Origin: Actinomycetota bacterium | Lineage (GTDB): Bacteria; Actinomycetota; Aquicultoria; Aquicultorales; JAMCWL01 | Direction of reading: 5' to 3' | NCBI GenBank assembly: GCA_023481285.1 | Contig: JAMCWL010000001.1 | Location: 1,539-65,538, forward strand | DNA length: 64,000 bases | Part shown: piece after piece, positions 9,408-17,125 of the stretch | Layout: every line of letters starts with the position of its first letter | Position numbering within the stretch: position 1 is the first letter of the stretch | Notes under the pieces: generated by a model | What the model was told of the DNA's origin: nothing | Databases searched by the model: none | Seen by the model: the letters and a program-made list of their open reading frames with translations, nothing else | Translations under genes and position numbers: made by a program

Positions 9408-10366
9408 TCGGCTCCCCCCAGCACTTTGGCCTTTTCGGTTTGCTTTCCATTTCGCTCCTCGACGAGGTCGACGAAGATGTCTTCGAGGGCGATCTCCTTA
9501 AGCTCCAACTTTCTCACCGGCAATCCGGCTCCCGCGACGACGCCCGCCAGCTCCATCTGGGCCGATTTGATGTCCGAGACATCGATCGTGAGCAAGCCCC
9601 CGTCACTGGCGACCGACGATACCCAGGGGACCCCTCTAAGCTTCTCCGCCAGGGGCGCTGCATCTGCATCCAGCTCAATCGAGAAGGTCGGCCTCGTATA
9701 ATTCTGCTTGATGCTTTCAAGGTCTCCTTGGATGACCAGGCGGCCCCGGTCTATTATCGCGACCGAATCGCAGACCCGCTCGACGTCGGCGAGGATATGC
9801 GTTGAGAAGAAGACCGTCTTCTTCTCGGAGAGCGAATCGATCATGTCGAGGACCTCCTTGCGCCCGATCGGGTCGAGGGCGGAGGTCGGCTCATCCAGGA
9901 AGAGGACGTCCGGGTTGTTGACGAAGGCCTGTGCGATACCGAGCCGCTGCTTCATGCCGCGGGAGAAGCCACCGATCTTCCTGTCGATTTCCGCCAGTCC
10001 GGCGGCGTCCAAAAGCGCGGCCACCCGGCTCTTAAGGTCGGCGCCCCGGAGCCCGAACATCTCTCCGGCAAAGGCGAGATACTCGCCGGCCTTCATCCAC
10101 TCGTAGAACGCCGGGACGTCCGGCAGATATCCGATTGAGCGCTTAATCGATGCCGGTTCGCCAATACCGTCACGGCCAAGGATCTTTATCCGGCCGCTCG
10201 TTGGGTGGGCGAGCCCCACGAGAATCCTGGTCGTCGTCGTTTTGCCCGCGCCGTTCGGCCCGAGGAAGCCGAAGACCGCACCCTCCGGCACGTCGATATC
10301 CAGCCCATCGAGCGCCTTAAAATCCCCGAAATTCTTGGTAAGGTTCCTGACCTCAATCGCGTTCAT
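9404..10366 (-). CDS. ABC transporter ATP-binding protein (ABC-2/DrrA-like)
   Basis: Walker A GPNGAGKTT, signature FSRGMKQRL, Walker B LFLDEPTSALD. Confidence 0.92.
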   Translation of the reverse strand: MNAIEVRNLTKNFGDFKALDGLDIDVPEGAVFGFLGPNGAGKTTTTRILVGLAHPTSGRIKILGRDGIGEPASIKRSIGYLPDVPAFYEWMKAGEYLAFAGEMFGLRGADLKSRVAALLDAAGLAEIDRKIGGFSRGMKQRLGIAQAFVNNPDVLFLDEPTSALDPIGRKEVLDMIDSLSEKKTVFFSTHILADVERVCDSVAIIDRGRLVIQGDLESIKQNYTRPTFSIELDADAAPLAEKLRGVPWVSSVASDGGLLTIDVSDIKSAQMELAGVVAGAGLPVRKLELKEIALEDIFVDLVEERNGKQTEKAKVLGGAE

Positions 10367-10613
10367 TGGGCTTCCTCCCGATCACAAAGTAGGCGACCGC
10401 TCCAAGCATGCCGGCTGGAAAAGAAGCCAGCGACGCGATGAGAATGATCACCCAGAGCACCCTGCCGCCGCGAACCTGAGCGTCAGGCTGCTTTCTAAGG
10501 CTTGCCAAGGCCGCCACGACCGCTCCCCACTGAATTACAACGAGGGGGATGACGATGGCAAGGACCTGTCCGACCGTTAGCCCGCCGACCAAAGTATCAT
10601 TCAAAAAACCCAT
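10353..10613 (-). CDS. PLDc_N-domain small membrane protein
   Basis: 86 aa, two TM helices, C-terminal AYFVIGRKP-type motif typical of PF13396. Overlaps the ABC ATPase start. Confidence 0.65.
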   Translation of the reverse strand: MGFLNDTLVGGLTVGQVLAIVIPLVVIQWGAVVAALASLRKQPDAQVRGGRVLWVIILIASLASFPAGMLGAVAYFVIGRKPNERD

Positions 10614-10703
10614 CCTATGTCTCCTTAATTGACTCCGTTTTTCTAGTTGATCGCTGCCGTCGCCACTCTTCTCTTAAGCCGAGTTTGGAGAAGGAGAGGA
10701 GCA

Positions 10704-11048
10704 TCAGGATTCCGGGGAGCCTCCTTTCACCAAGTCGTCGAGCTCCCGCGAAATGCTGAACCACGCACACGCCATTTCATTCAGTTCGTTGGCGCCTTTC
10801 GATGTGAGGTCGTAATACTTGCGGGGTGGCCCGACCGGCGATTCACGCCAGACGGAGTCTATCAATCCAGCTTTTTTCAAGCGGCCGAGCAACGGGTAGA
10901 TCGTCCCCGCGCTGATTGCCAGACCAGGACGCTCCTGTAAGCGGCTGACGATCTCAAAGCCATACATCTCGCCTCTGTTGAGAATCCCGAGGATCGCCAG
11001 TTCGAGGACGCCCTTTCTAATCTGCGATGTCCAGCTCTCTTTCTCCAC
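10704..11048 (-). CDS. PadR family transcriptional regulator
   Basis: 114 aa winged-helix (LELAILGIL..MYGFEI...GTIYPLLGRLKKAGLI). GTG start. First gene of a PadR-PLDc_N-ABC operon. Confidence 0.88.
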   Translation of the reverse strand: MEKESWTSQIRKGVLELAILGILNRGEMYGFEIVSRLQERPGLAISAGTIYPLLGRLKKAGLIDSVWRESPVGPPRKYYDLTSKGANELNEMACAWFSISRELDDLVKGGSPES

Positions 11049-11058
11049 GCGAATAGGT

Positions 11059-11096
11059 TAGCATAAGTCTATAATGCTATGCAAGATACCTGTCAA
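11059..11096 (-). promoter_or_regulatory. Candidate sigma-70-type promoter of padR (TTGACA-17-TATAGA) overlapped by the palindrome TAGCAT-N9-ATGCTA
   Basis: On the minus strand: TTGACA (11096..11091), 17-nt spacer, TATAGA (11073..11068). Inverted repeat 11059..11064 / 11074..11079 straddles the -10. GTG start is 10 nt from the palindrome. Confidence 0.5.
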
Positions 11097-11286
11097 AGAA
11101 ATATAGCGATCGGGTACTCGGCCATGTTAAGCCCGGATAGGTTGACGGTGCCTATTTTCCATGTCGAAGGGTTGAAGGCGAGCCGAAGTGGCGATGAAGT
11201 GGCGATGATTGCCAGCCGGACCGCCAGATGCTAGAATTCACTAAAGCACTAAGTGACTTTCGAGTGTCAGGGAGGAAGGCGATATC

Positions 11287-11472
11287 ATGCCATTCTTGGG
11301 TGGGCTAAACCCGGTACATCTACTCATTATTCTCGCGATCGTCCTGCTTATCTTCGGGCCAAGCAAGCTTCCGCAGCTAGGCAAATCAATCGGCGATACG
11401 ATCAAAGAGTTTAAAAAGGCATCTTCAAACGAGCCCGAGAAGATAGAGGGCAAGGAAAAGACTGAAAGCTAA
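11287..11472 (+). CDS. tatA: Twin-arginine translocase subunit TatA/E
   Basis: 61 aa; N-terminal TM then FGPSKLPQLGKSIG amphipathic motif. Confidence 0.88.
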   Translation: MPFLGGLNPVHLLIILAIVLLIFGPSKLPQLGKSIGDTIKEFKKASSNEPEKIEGKEKTES

Positions 11473-11494
11473 GGTTTTAGGCAGCGAGGCAGCC

Positions 11495-11526
11495 AGGCAG
11501 CCTCTAAGGCTGCCTTTTATTTTTTT
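11495..11526 (+). terminator. Rho-independent terminator after tatA
   Basis: Stem AGGCAGCC / GGCTGCCT, loop TCTAA, followed by TTTTATTTTTTT. Confidence 0.75.
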
Positions 11527-11554
11527 GTCGGTGAGCTAAAAAGGATAGGTACCA

Positions 11555-11905
11555 CTAGCGAAAGCGCTTTAGCAGCTCATTAACCTCTTCAGGGCTGCCT
11601 TGAAGGACGGTCTCGATAACGCCGTGTATCATAGCCTCCGCTGCATCCAGGCGGCTGATCTTGGCGCTGTAGTAGTAGGTCTTGCCGCTCTTATCCTGCT
11701 TGAGGATGCCGCGGTTGGCGAGGTTCGTCATGGTCACCATAACGGTGGTGTAGGGTAGGTACTCTTTTTTAACCAGTATCTCGTGTATCTCGCGGACCGA
11801 TATCTTGTTGCTCTTCCAGACCAGGTTCATGATGCTCGCTTCGAGCTCTGAGAACCCGTTGATGGCGATTCTCTTACTTCTTCTTCCCACGTTGTTTACC
11901 TCCAA
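11555..11905 (-). CDS. BlaI/MecI/CopY family transcriptional repressor
   Basis: 116 aa; SELEASIMNLVW...SVREIHE...YTTVMVTMTNLANRGIL pattern of penicillinase-repressor winged helix. Confidence 0.82.
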   Translation of the reverse strand: MEVNNVGRRSKRIAINGFSELEASIMNLVWKSNKISVREIHEILVKKEYLPYTTVMVTMTNLANRGILKQDKSGKTYYYSAKISRLDAAEAMIHGVIETVLQGSPEEVNELLKRFR

Positions 11906-12071
11906 TTGTTGAGTTCGATAAGGACGCGATTGCTCAAATTATACACCATGCGCTTCTACCGGGAAAACCATATCTGTTGTTTCCAGTCGGGACTAGCCCT
12001 TAACCTGGCTGTTCCACTCTCTATTGGCTTGTTATACTGATATGCACCAGGCAGGATGGAGAGGGTAATGT

Positions 12072-13775
12072 ATGGGGAAGAAGAAGCGAAAGCCAAAAGA
12101 GAAGAAGACCGTCGAACCAAAGAGACGTCCGGCTGCTGAGGAGGGCCTTACCTCCATCATCATCCCGGTACATAACCGGGTGGAGCTGACCCGACTCTGC
12201 ATAGAAGCCGTCGAGGAATGCACCCCAGAGGGCTCCTACGAGCTGATTGTCGTCGACAACGGCTCGACCGACGCCACGCCCGAGTACCTGGCCGGAACTG
12301 GCGCGCACGTAATTCGCTTCCCCGAGAACCGGGGGATCGCCGTCGCCTGGAACGCCGGTATCAGGGAGGCGAAGGGGCGGTATCTCGTCTTTTTGCACAA
12401 TGACGTCCTCGTCTCGCCCGGATGGCTCGAAGCTATCCTGAGGCCGTTCGGCGATCGCCGGGTGGCTTGCGCCTGCCCGTCCTACACCGAGTTCAACTTC
12501 GATCAAGGTTTTGCGAAGCTGGCCGCCGGCGTATCGAGGATGGCTTCCAGGCGGTGGGAGAGGAGGATCGCGCCCTTCTGCTTTGCGCTGAGCCGGAACG
12601 CCATCCATCGACTCGGCGACTTCGACGAGGCGCTTGCACATGGGCCATATGCGGACGTCGATTTCGAGTTTCGCCTTGTTGAGGCGGGGCTTCGTTCGGT
12701 GAGCGCCAACAACGCGCTCGTCCATCATTTCGGCGGCCAGACTGCGCTTAAACTTCCGGAGTTCTACGGGGAGAACGATGAGCAAAACTGGCGGTACTTG
12801 AATAAAAAATGGGGCGTTCTGCCTGCACGGCGTCTGGCGAATAACCCGGAGTTCGAGGTCAAACTGGAAGCTATGAGGAACGTAGTTTTACCTGATAAAA
12901 TACCAAATTATCGCGAACAGGGTGGACGAGGGATTATCATTTCAAGGCTGGTGCGACTTATCGCCGTCACTATTTTTTACAACGAGCGGGAAATGCTCCC
13001 CGGCTGCCTTGAAACGCTCGACGATGTTGACGAGATAGTCCTGGTCGATGGGGCTTACGCCGATTTTCCTTACGAGGTTCCCTGGTCGACGGATGGGACG
13101 CTCGAATGGATAAAGGAGCGGCAGAAGATAGATACAAGAATACGGTTGATCGAGTGCAAGACGGCCTGGGCCGACGAGGTTGAGAAGAGGAGCGCCTACT
13201 TCACCGGCGGCGAGGGAGACTGGTATCTCATCATCGACGCCGATGAACGCCTGGTCTGCGTGGACGAGAACACTATGGAAAGCCTTAAGTCTTATGTTCA
13301 GAGCTATCCGCTCGATTACTTCATGCTTGACGTCATGACCCAACCGGCCACGCCGCAAATCGAAAGGTATGGTCGCATCTTCCGGCATCTGCCCGGTCTC
13401 AGGTATGAAACGGCGCACTCCAACATAGTCGCCGATGGGAAGATGCTCTTGGCTGAGTCCCCTTCACATGGGACGGTCTCGCTTTACTCCGGGTGTCACA
13501 TCGTCCATCTTAAGAAAGCTCGCTTGTCGGAGCGCGTGGAAGAGAAGTACGATTATTATCAGAAGTTGGCGGCGAGGGAGATCGGGGCTCTTAAGAAAGA
13601 GGTCGTTGCTTGCTGGAATGACCGTTCAAAGAAGCGTGAGCATGAGGCGTTTGTTAAGATGTACAGGGCGCAACTTGCAATGCTCGGTAAGGCGGAAGCA
13701 GAGCGAATAGCTATCGATCCAGAGTATCTTTCGTTCGAAAATACCGAGGGCCGGCTTGAGCCAACCGTCGATTAG
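12072..13775 (+). CDS. Two-domain glycosyltransferase (N-terminal GT2 plus C-terminal GT2-like), paralog A
   Basis: 567 aa. N-domain SIIIPVHNR..VVDNGSTD..ENRGIAVAWNAG. C-domain IFYNERE..LVDGAYADF..IIDADERL. Confidence 0.85.
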   Translation: MGKKKRKPKEKKTVEPKRRPAAEEGLTSIIIPVHNRVELTRLCIEAVEECTPEGSYELIVVDNGSTDATPEYLAGTGAHVIRFPENRGIAVAWNAGIREAKGRYLVFLHNDVLVSPGWLEAILRPFGDRRVACACPSYTEFNFDQGFAKLAAGVSRMASRRWERRIAPFCFALSRNAIHRLGDFDEALAHGPYADVDFEFRLVEAGLRSVSANNALVHHFGGQTALKLPEFYGENDEQNWRYLNKKWGVLPARRLANNPEFEVKLEAMRNVVLPDKIPNYREQGGRGIIISRLVRLIAVTIFYNEREMLPGCLETLDDVDEIVLVDGAYADFPYEVPWSTDGTLEWIKERQKIDTRIRLIECKTAWADEVEKRSAYFTGGEGDWYLIIDADERLVCVDENTMESLKSYVQSYPLDYFMLDVMTQPATPQIERYGRIFRHLPGLRYETAHSNIVADGKMLLAESPSHGTVSLYSGCHIVHLKKARLSERVEEKYDYYQKLAAREIGALKKEVVACWNDRSKKREHEAFVKMYRAQLAMLGKAEAERIAIDPEYLSFENTEGRLEPTVD

Positions 13776-13840
13776 GTCTTCTCTACTTGGTCCAGCGCAT
13801 TATATTGATACTGACCAGATAGGACGGAGAGGGCATTTAT

Positions 13841-15535
13841 ATGGGAAAGAGCAAGCAAAAGAGAGGAGATAAAAGACCCGTTCCGCCGAGGAAGAGGCCC
13901 GTTATCGAAGCCGGTCTTACCTCCATCATCATCCCCGTGCACAACCGGGTGGAGCTGACCCGACTCTGCATTGAGACCATAAGGGAGTGCACCCCAGAGG
14001 ACTCTTACGAGCTCGTCGTGATCGACAACGGCTCGACCGACGCCACCCCCGAGTACCTGACCGGGACCGGGGCGCATGTCATCCGATTCCCCGAGAACCG
14101 GGGGATCGCCGTCGCCTGGAACGCCGGTATCAGGGAGGCGAAGGGGCGGTATCTCGTCTTTTTGCACAATGACGTCCTCGTCTCGCCCGGATGGCTCGAA
14201 GCTATCCTGAGGCCGTTCGGCGATCGCCGGGTGGCTTGTGCCTGCCCCTCTTTCATGGAGTCCCAGCTCAAGCTGGATTTCCCGAAGCTCGCGGTGGACT
14301 TCTCCCAAATACTACCCGCGTACTGGCCGGGTAGCCTGACGCCGTTTTGCTTCGCGATCAGCCGCCGAGAGATTCACCGCATCGGTCCCTTCGACGAGGC
14401 GCTGACCCAGGGTCCTTATGCGGATTACGACCTCCTGTTCAGGCTCGCCAAGGCGGACGCGCCTCCCGTGGTCGTGAGCAACGTGCTCGTCCACCACTTC
14501 TGGGGGCAGACGGCGGTCGCCATACCGGAGTTTTACGGGGAGAACGACGAGCGAGACTGGCTCTACTTCAGGAAGAAGTGGAACCTTCCTCCCATGGAGC
14601 GCAAGTCCGAGGACCCCGACTTCATCGACCGCGTGCGGGGGATGGACCGAGTCGTCGTCCCGACGGGGCCGCCCGACTACCGCGTGGAGATCGAGAAGAG
14701 GGTCGCCCCGACCAAGCCGACTCGCATCGTCGCCTGCGTCTCCTTTTACAACGATATGAAGCTTCTGCCCGGGTGCATGGAAACCCTGGACGGCGTGGAC
14801 GAAATCGTCCTTATCGACGGGGCGTACGCCGGCTTTCCCCACGAGGTCCCCTGGTCAACCGACGGATCTCTCGAATGGATCAAGGAGCTCCAGAGGGTCG
14901 ACCCCAGGATAAGGTTGATCGAGTGTGAGCGGGCTTGGGAAGACGAGGTTAAGAAGAGGAGCGCCTACTTTGCTGGCGGCGATGGAGATTGGTGTCTGGT
15001 CATCGATTCGGACGAAAGGCTCGTCGGCAACGAGGCGAACCACATGGAGAGGCTCAAGGAGTACCTGGCCGTTTACCCATTCGACTGCGTCTTGCTGGAC
15101 GTCGAGACTAGGCCCTCCACGACTCCGATGGAGAGATACGCGCGCATCTACCGCCACCTACCTGGGCTGAGATACGAGACGACGCACTTCAATGTCGTCG
15201 CCGATGGAAAGAAGGTCACACTCGACGCCATGTGGTCGGGGAGGACCGCCGTCTACCGGGGCTTGTTCATCGTCCACCTGAAGCAGGATCGGGGGTCGGC
15301 GAGGCTGGGCGACTCATGGCGCTACTACCAGGAAATGGCGATGAGGGAGGTCGAGGCCTTGAAAAGGGAGATTGTTGCTTGCTGGAGCGACCCCGACAGG
15401 CGATTCGAGCGTCTGGCGTTGGTCCAGATATATCAGACGCAGGTCAAGCTGCTCGACAAGGAGCGAGCCGAAAGAATAGCTCTCGACCCAAAGTACCTCT
15501 CTTTTCACCTTGACACTTCGGGTGGCTATGTGTAG
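13841..15535 (+). CDS. Two-domain glycosyltransferase, paralog B (tandem duplicate of 12072..13775)
   Basis: 564 aa, collinear with paralog A. Upstream leader and RBS region also duplicated. Confidence 0.85.
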   Translation: MGKSKQKRGDKRPVPPRKRPVIEAGLTSIIIPVHNRVELTRLCIETIRECTPEDSYELVVIDNGSTDATPEYLTGTGAHVIRFPENRGIAVAWNAGIREAKGRYLVFLHNDVLVSPGWLEAILRPFGDRRVACACPSFMESQLKLDFPKLAVDFSQILPAYWPGSLTPFCFAISRREIHRIGPFDEALTQGPYADYDLLFRLAKADAPPVVVSNVLVHHFWGQTAVAIPEFYGENDERDWLYFRKKWNLPPMERKSEDPDFIDRVRGMDRVVVPTGPPDYRVEIEKRVAPTKPTRIVACVSFYNDMKLLPGCMETLDGVDEIVLIDGAYAGFPHEVPWSTDGSLEWIKELQRVDPRIRLIECERAWEDEVKKRSAYFAGGDGDWCLVIDSDERLVGNEANHMERLKEYLAVYPFDCVLLDVETRPSTTPMERYARIYRHLPGLRYETTHFNVVADGKKVTLDAMWSGRTAVYRGLFIVHLKQDRGSARLGDSWRYYQEMAMREVEALKREIVACWSDPDRRFERLALVQIYQTQVKLLDKERAERIALDPKYLSFHLDTSGGYV

Positions 15536-15638
15536 TATTATTTGCAATTTACGGAAGGCAGAGCGAGTCCAAAGTAAGCTACCGCTCAAGTTAACAACGC
15601 GGTAAAACCCAGGAAGCCGAGCTATCAGATGGCCGGAC

Positions 15639-15686
15639 CCGCCTGGGTTTATTGATATAGTACCGCCTGGGTTTATTGATATAGTA
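15639..15686. repeat. Perfect tandem duplication, 24 nt x2 (CCGCCTGGGTTTATTGATATAGTA), upstream of the guaB3-like gene
   Basis: 15639..15662 equals 15663..15686, read directly. Confidence 0.9.
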
Positions 15687-15773
15687 AAAAGTTGAAAACC
15701 GGGTCGACTAGTTCTCTCTAGCCTCACTTCAACTTTTTATAACGTTTATACTATCACTCTTTTGGGAGGCGCT

Positions 15774-16931
15774 ATGGAGATAGATATCGGTCGCGGGAAG
15801 AAAGCCCGGAGAGCTTACGGCTTTGATGACATCGCAATAGTTCCCAGCAGGAGGACGCGCGATCCCGAAGATATAGACATAAGCTGGGAGATCGCCGGTT
15901 ACCCGTTCGAGCTACCTCTCATGGCTTCGGCGATGGATGGAGCGGTCGACCCGCGAATAGCTGTCGAGCTCGGAAAGCTGGGTGGAGTGGGTGTTCTGAA
16001 TCTGGAAGGATTGCAGACCCGCTATGAAGACACCCGACCGATATTCGAGAAGATCGCCTCGTTTCCTAAGGAAGAAGCGACCCGCGGTCTACAGGAGATT
16101 TATAAAAACCCCATCAAAGAAGAGCTGATACATAAGAGGGTTAGAGAGATCAAAGACGCCGGCGTGGCAGCTTGTGCCTCTCTGACGCCTCAGCGCGTTG
16201 AGCGGTACTATAAGATCGCCCTCGACGCCGGCCTTGATATGCTGGTCATTCAGGGGACCGTCGTCTCGGCGGAACACGTCAGCAAGACGGTCGAACCGCT
16301 CGATCTCAATAAGTTCATCGCCCAGGTTGGAGTACCGGTAATCGTTGGAGGGTGCGCTTCTTATGCGACGGCTCTTCACCTGATGCGCACGGGCGCCGCC
16401 GGCATCCTTGTTGGCGTCGGGCCGGGGGCCGCTTGCACGACCAGAAGGGTTCTCGGGATCGGGGTACCGCAGGCGACGGCCATCGCCGACGCGGCGGCGG
16501 CCCGGTTGAGATTTTTGGAAGAGACGGGCGACTACTGCCATGTCGTTGCGGACGGCGGTATGAGGAGCGGCGGCGACATAGCCAAAGCGATCGCTTGCGG
16601 CGCCGACGCGGTGATGATCGGCAGCCCGATCGCCCGCGCTCTGGAGGCGCCCGGACTGGGTTATCACTGGGGAATGGCCACATTCCATCCCGAGCTGCCG
16701 CGGGGTACGCGGGTAAAGACCGCGAGGCAGGTACCGCTTAAGGAGCTCTTGCTCGGTCCGGCCCACGAGAATGACGGGACGCTCAACCTCGTCGGGGCGC
16801 TTAAAACCTCCATGGCGACCTGCGGTTACGAGAATATTAAGAGTTTTCAGAAAGCGGAAGTCATAGTCGCTCCCTCCTTGCAAACTGAGGGCAAACTTCT
16901 TCAGCAAGCGCAGGGAGTTGGGATGGGATAA
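15774..16931 (+). CDS. GuaB3-type IMP dehydrogenase-related protein (no CBS insert)
   Basis: About 385 aa TIM-barrel IMPDH family (FDDIAIVPSRRT...ASAMD...GGCASY..GVGPGAACTTR). ATG 15774 preceded by GGGAGG; the track start 15762 is an upstream TTG. Confidence 0.85.
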   Translation: MEIDIGRGKKARRAYGFDDIAIVPSRRTRDPEDIDISWEIAGYPFELPLMASAMDGAVDPRIAVELGKLGGVGVLNLEGLQTRYEDTRPIFEKIASFPKEEATRGLQEIYKNPIKEELIHKRVREIKDAGVAACASLTPQRVERYYKIALDAGLDMLVIQGTVVSAEHVSKTVEPLDLNKFIAQVGVPVIVGGCASYATALHLMRTGAAGILVGVGPGAACTTRRVLGIGVPQATAIADAAAARLRFLEETGDYCHVVADGGMRSGGDIAKAIACGADAVMIGSPIARALEAPGLGYHWGMATFHPELPRGTRVKTARQVPLKELLLGPAHENDGTLNLVGALKTSMATCGYENIKSFQKAEVIVAPSLQTEGKLLQQAQGVGMG

Positions 16932-17100
16932 CTGGTCTCTTAGTCTCCTGGTCCCTTGGTCTCTTAGATATGTTATGCGCTATTGAGGCGCTATTCGCGA
17001 TGGTGATTGTCGCTTTTTAAGAGGACTTTAGCTCATAGCTCATAGCTCATAGCTCATAGCCGCTTTTATCGGTGGTCTGTAGTCTGTGGTTCTATTGGTT
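16932..17100. repeat. Composite intergenic repeat: 8-mer array (CTGGTCTC TTAGTCTC..), short core with GCGCTAT motifs, 7-mer array (AGCTCAT x4.5), second GTCT-type 8-mer array
   Basis: Read directly. Begins 1 nt after the guaB3-like stop and runs into the spurious N-terminal extension of the guaA ORF. Confidence 0.8.
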
Positions 17101-17125
17101 GAAGGCGGTATGTCGAGGACAAGAA

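Noticed and set aside
12021-14842. Long ORFs antisense to the glycosyltransferase genes (12021..12785, 13772..14308, 14312..14842). Similar antisense or out-of-frame ORFs lie across ppsA, guaA, ligA, gatA/B, the S8 gene and others.
   Set aside because: They mirror well-supported genes on the other strand, lack RBS and recognisable domains, and have Arg/Pro/Gly-rich low-complexity composition typical of off-frame reading in GC-rich DNA.
15536-15773. Purine riboswitch upstream of guaB3-like/guaA (also looked at 16932..17125).
   Set aside because: The conserved guanine-riboswitch junction sequences (for example UAUAAUCGCG / CCGACUA) are not visible. The regions are occupied by repeats instead. 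An Infernal scan would be needed to be certain.
17072-17125. N-terminal extensions of guaA (from 17072) and of chorismate mutase (18900..19010).
   Set aside because: Both extensions are encoded by repeat arms or cores. Internal ATGs with good SD motifs give proteins of canonical length.
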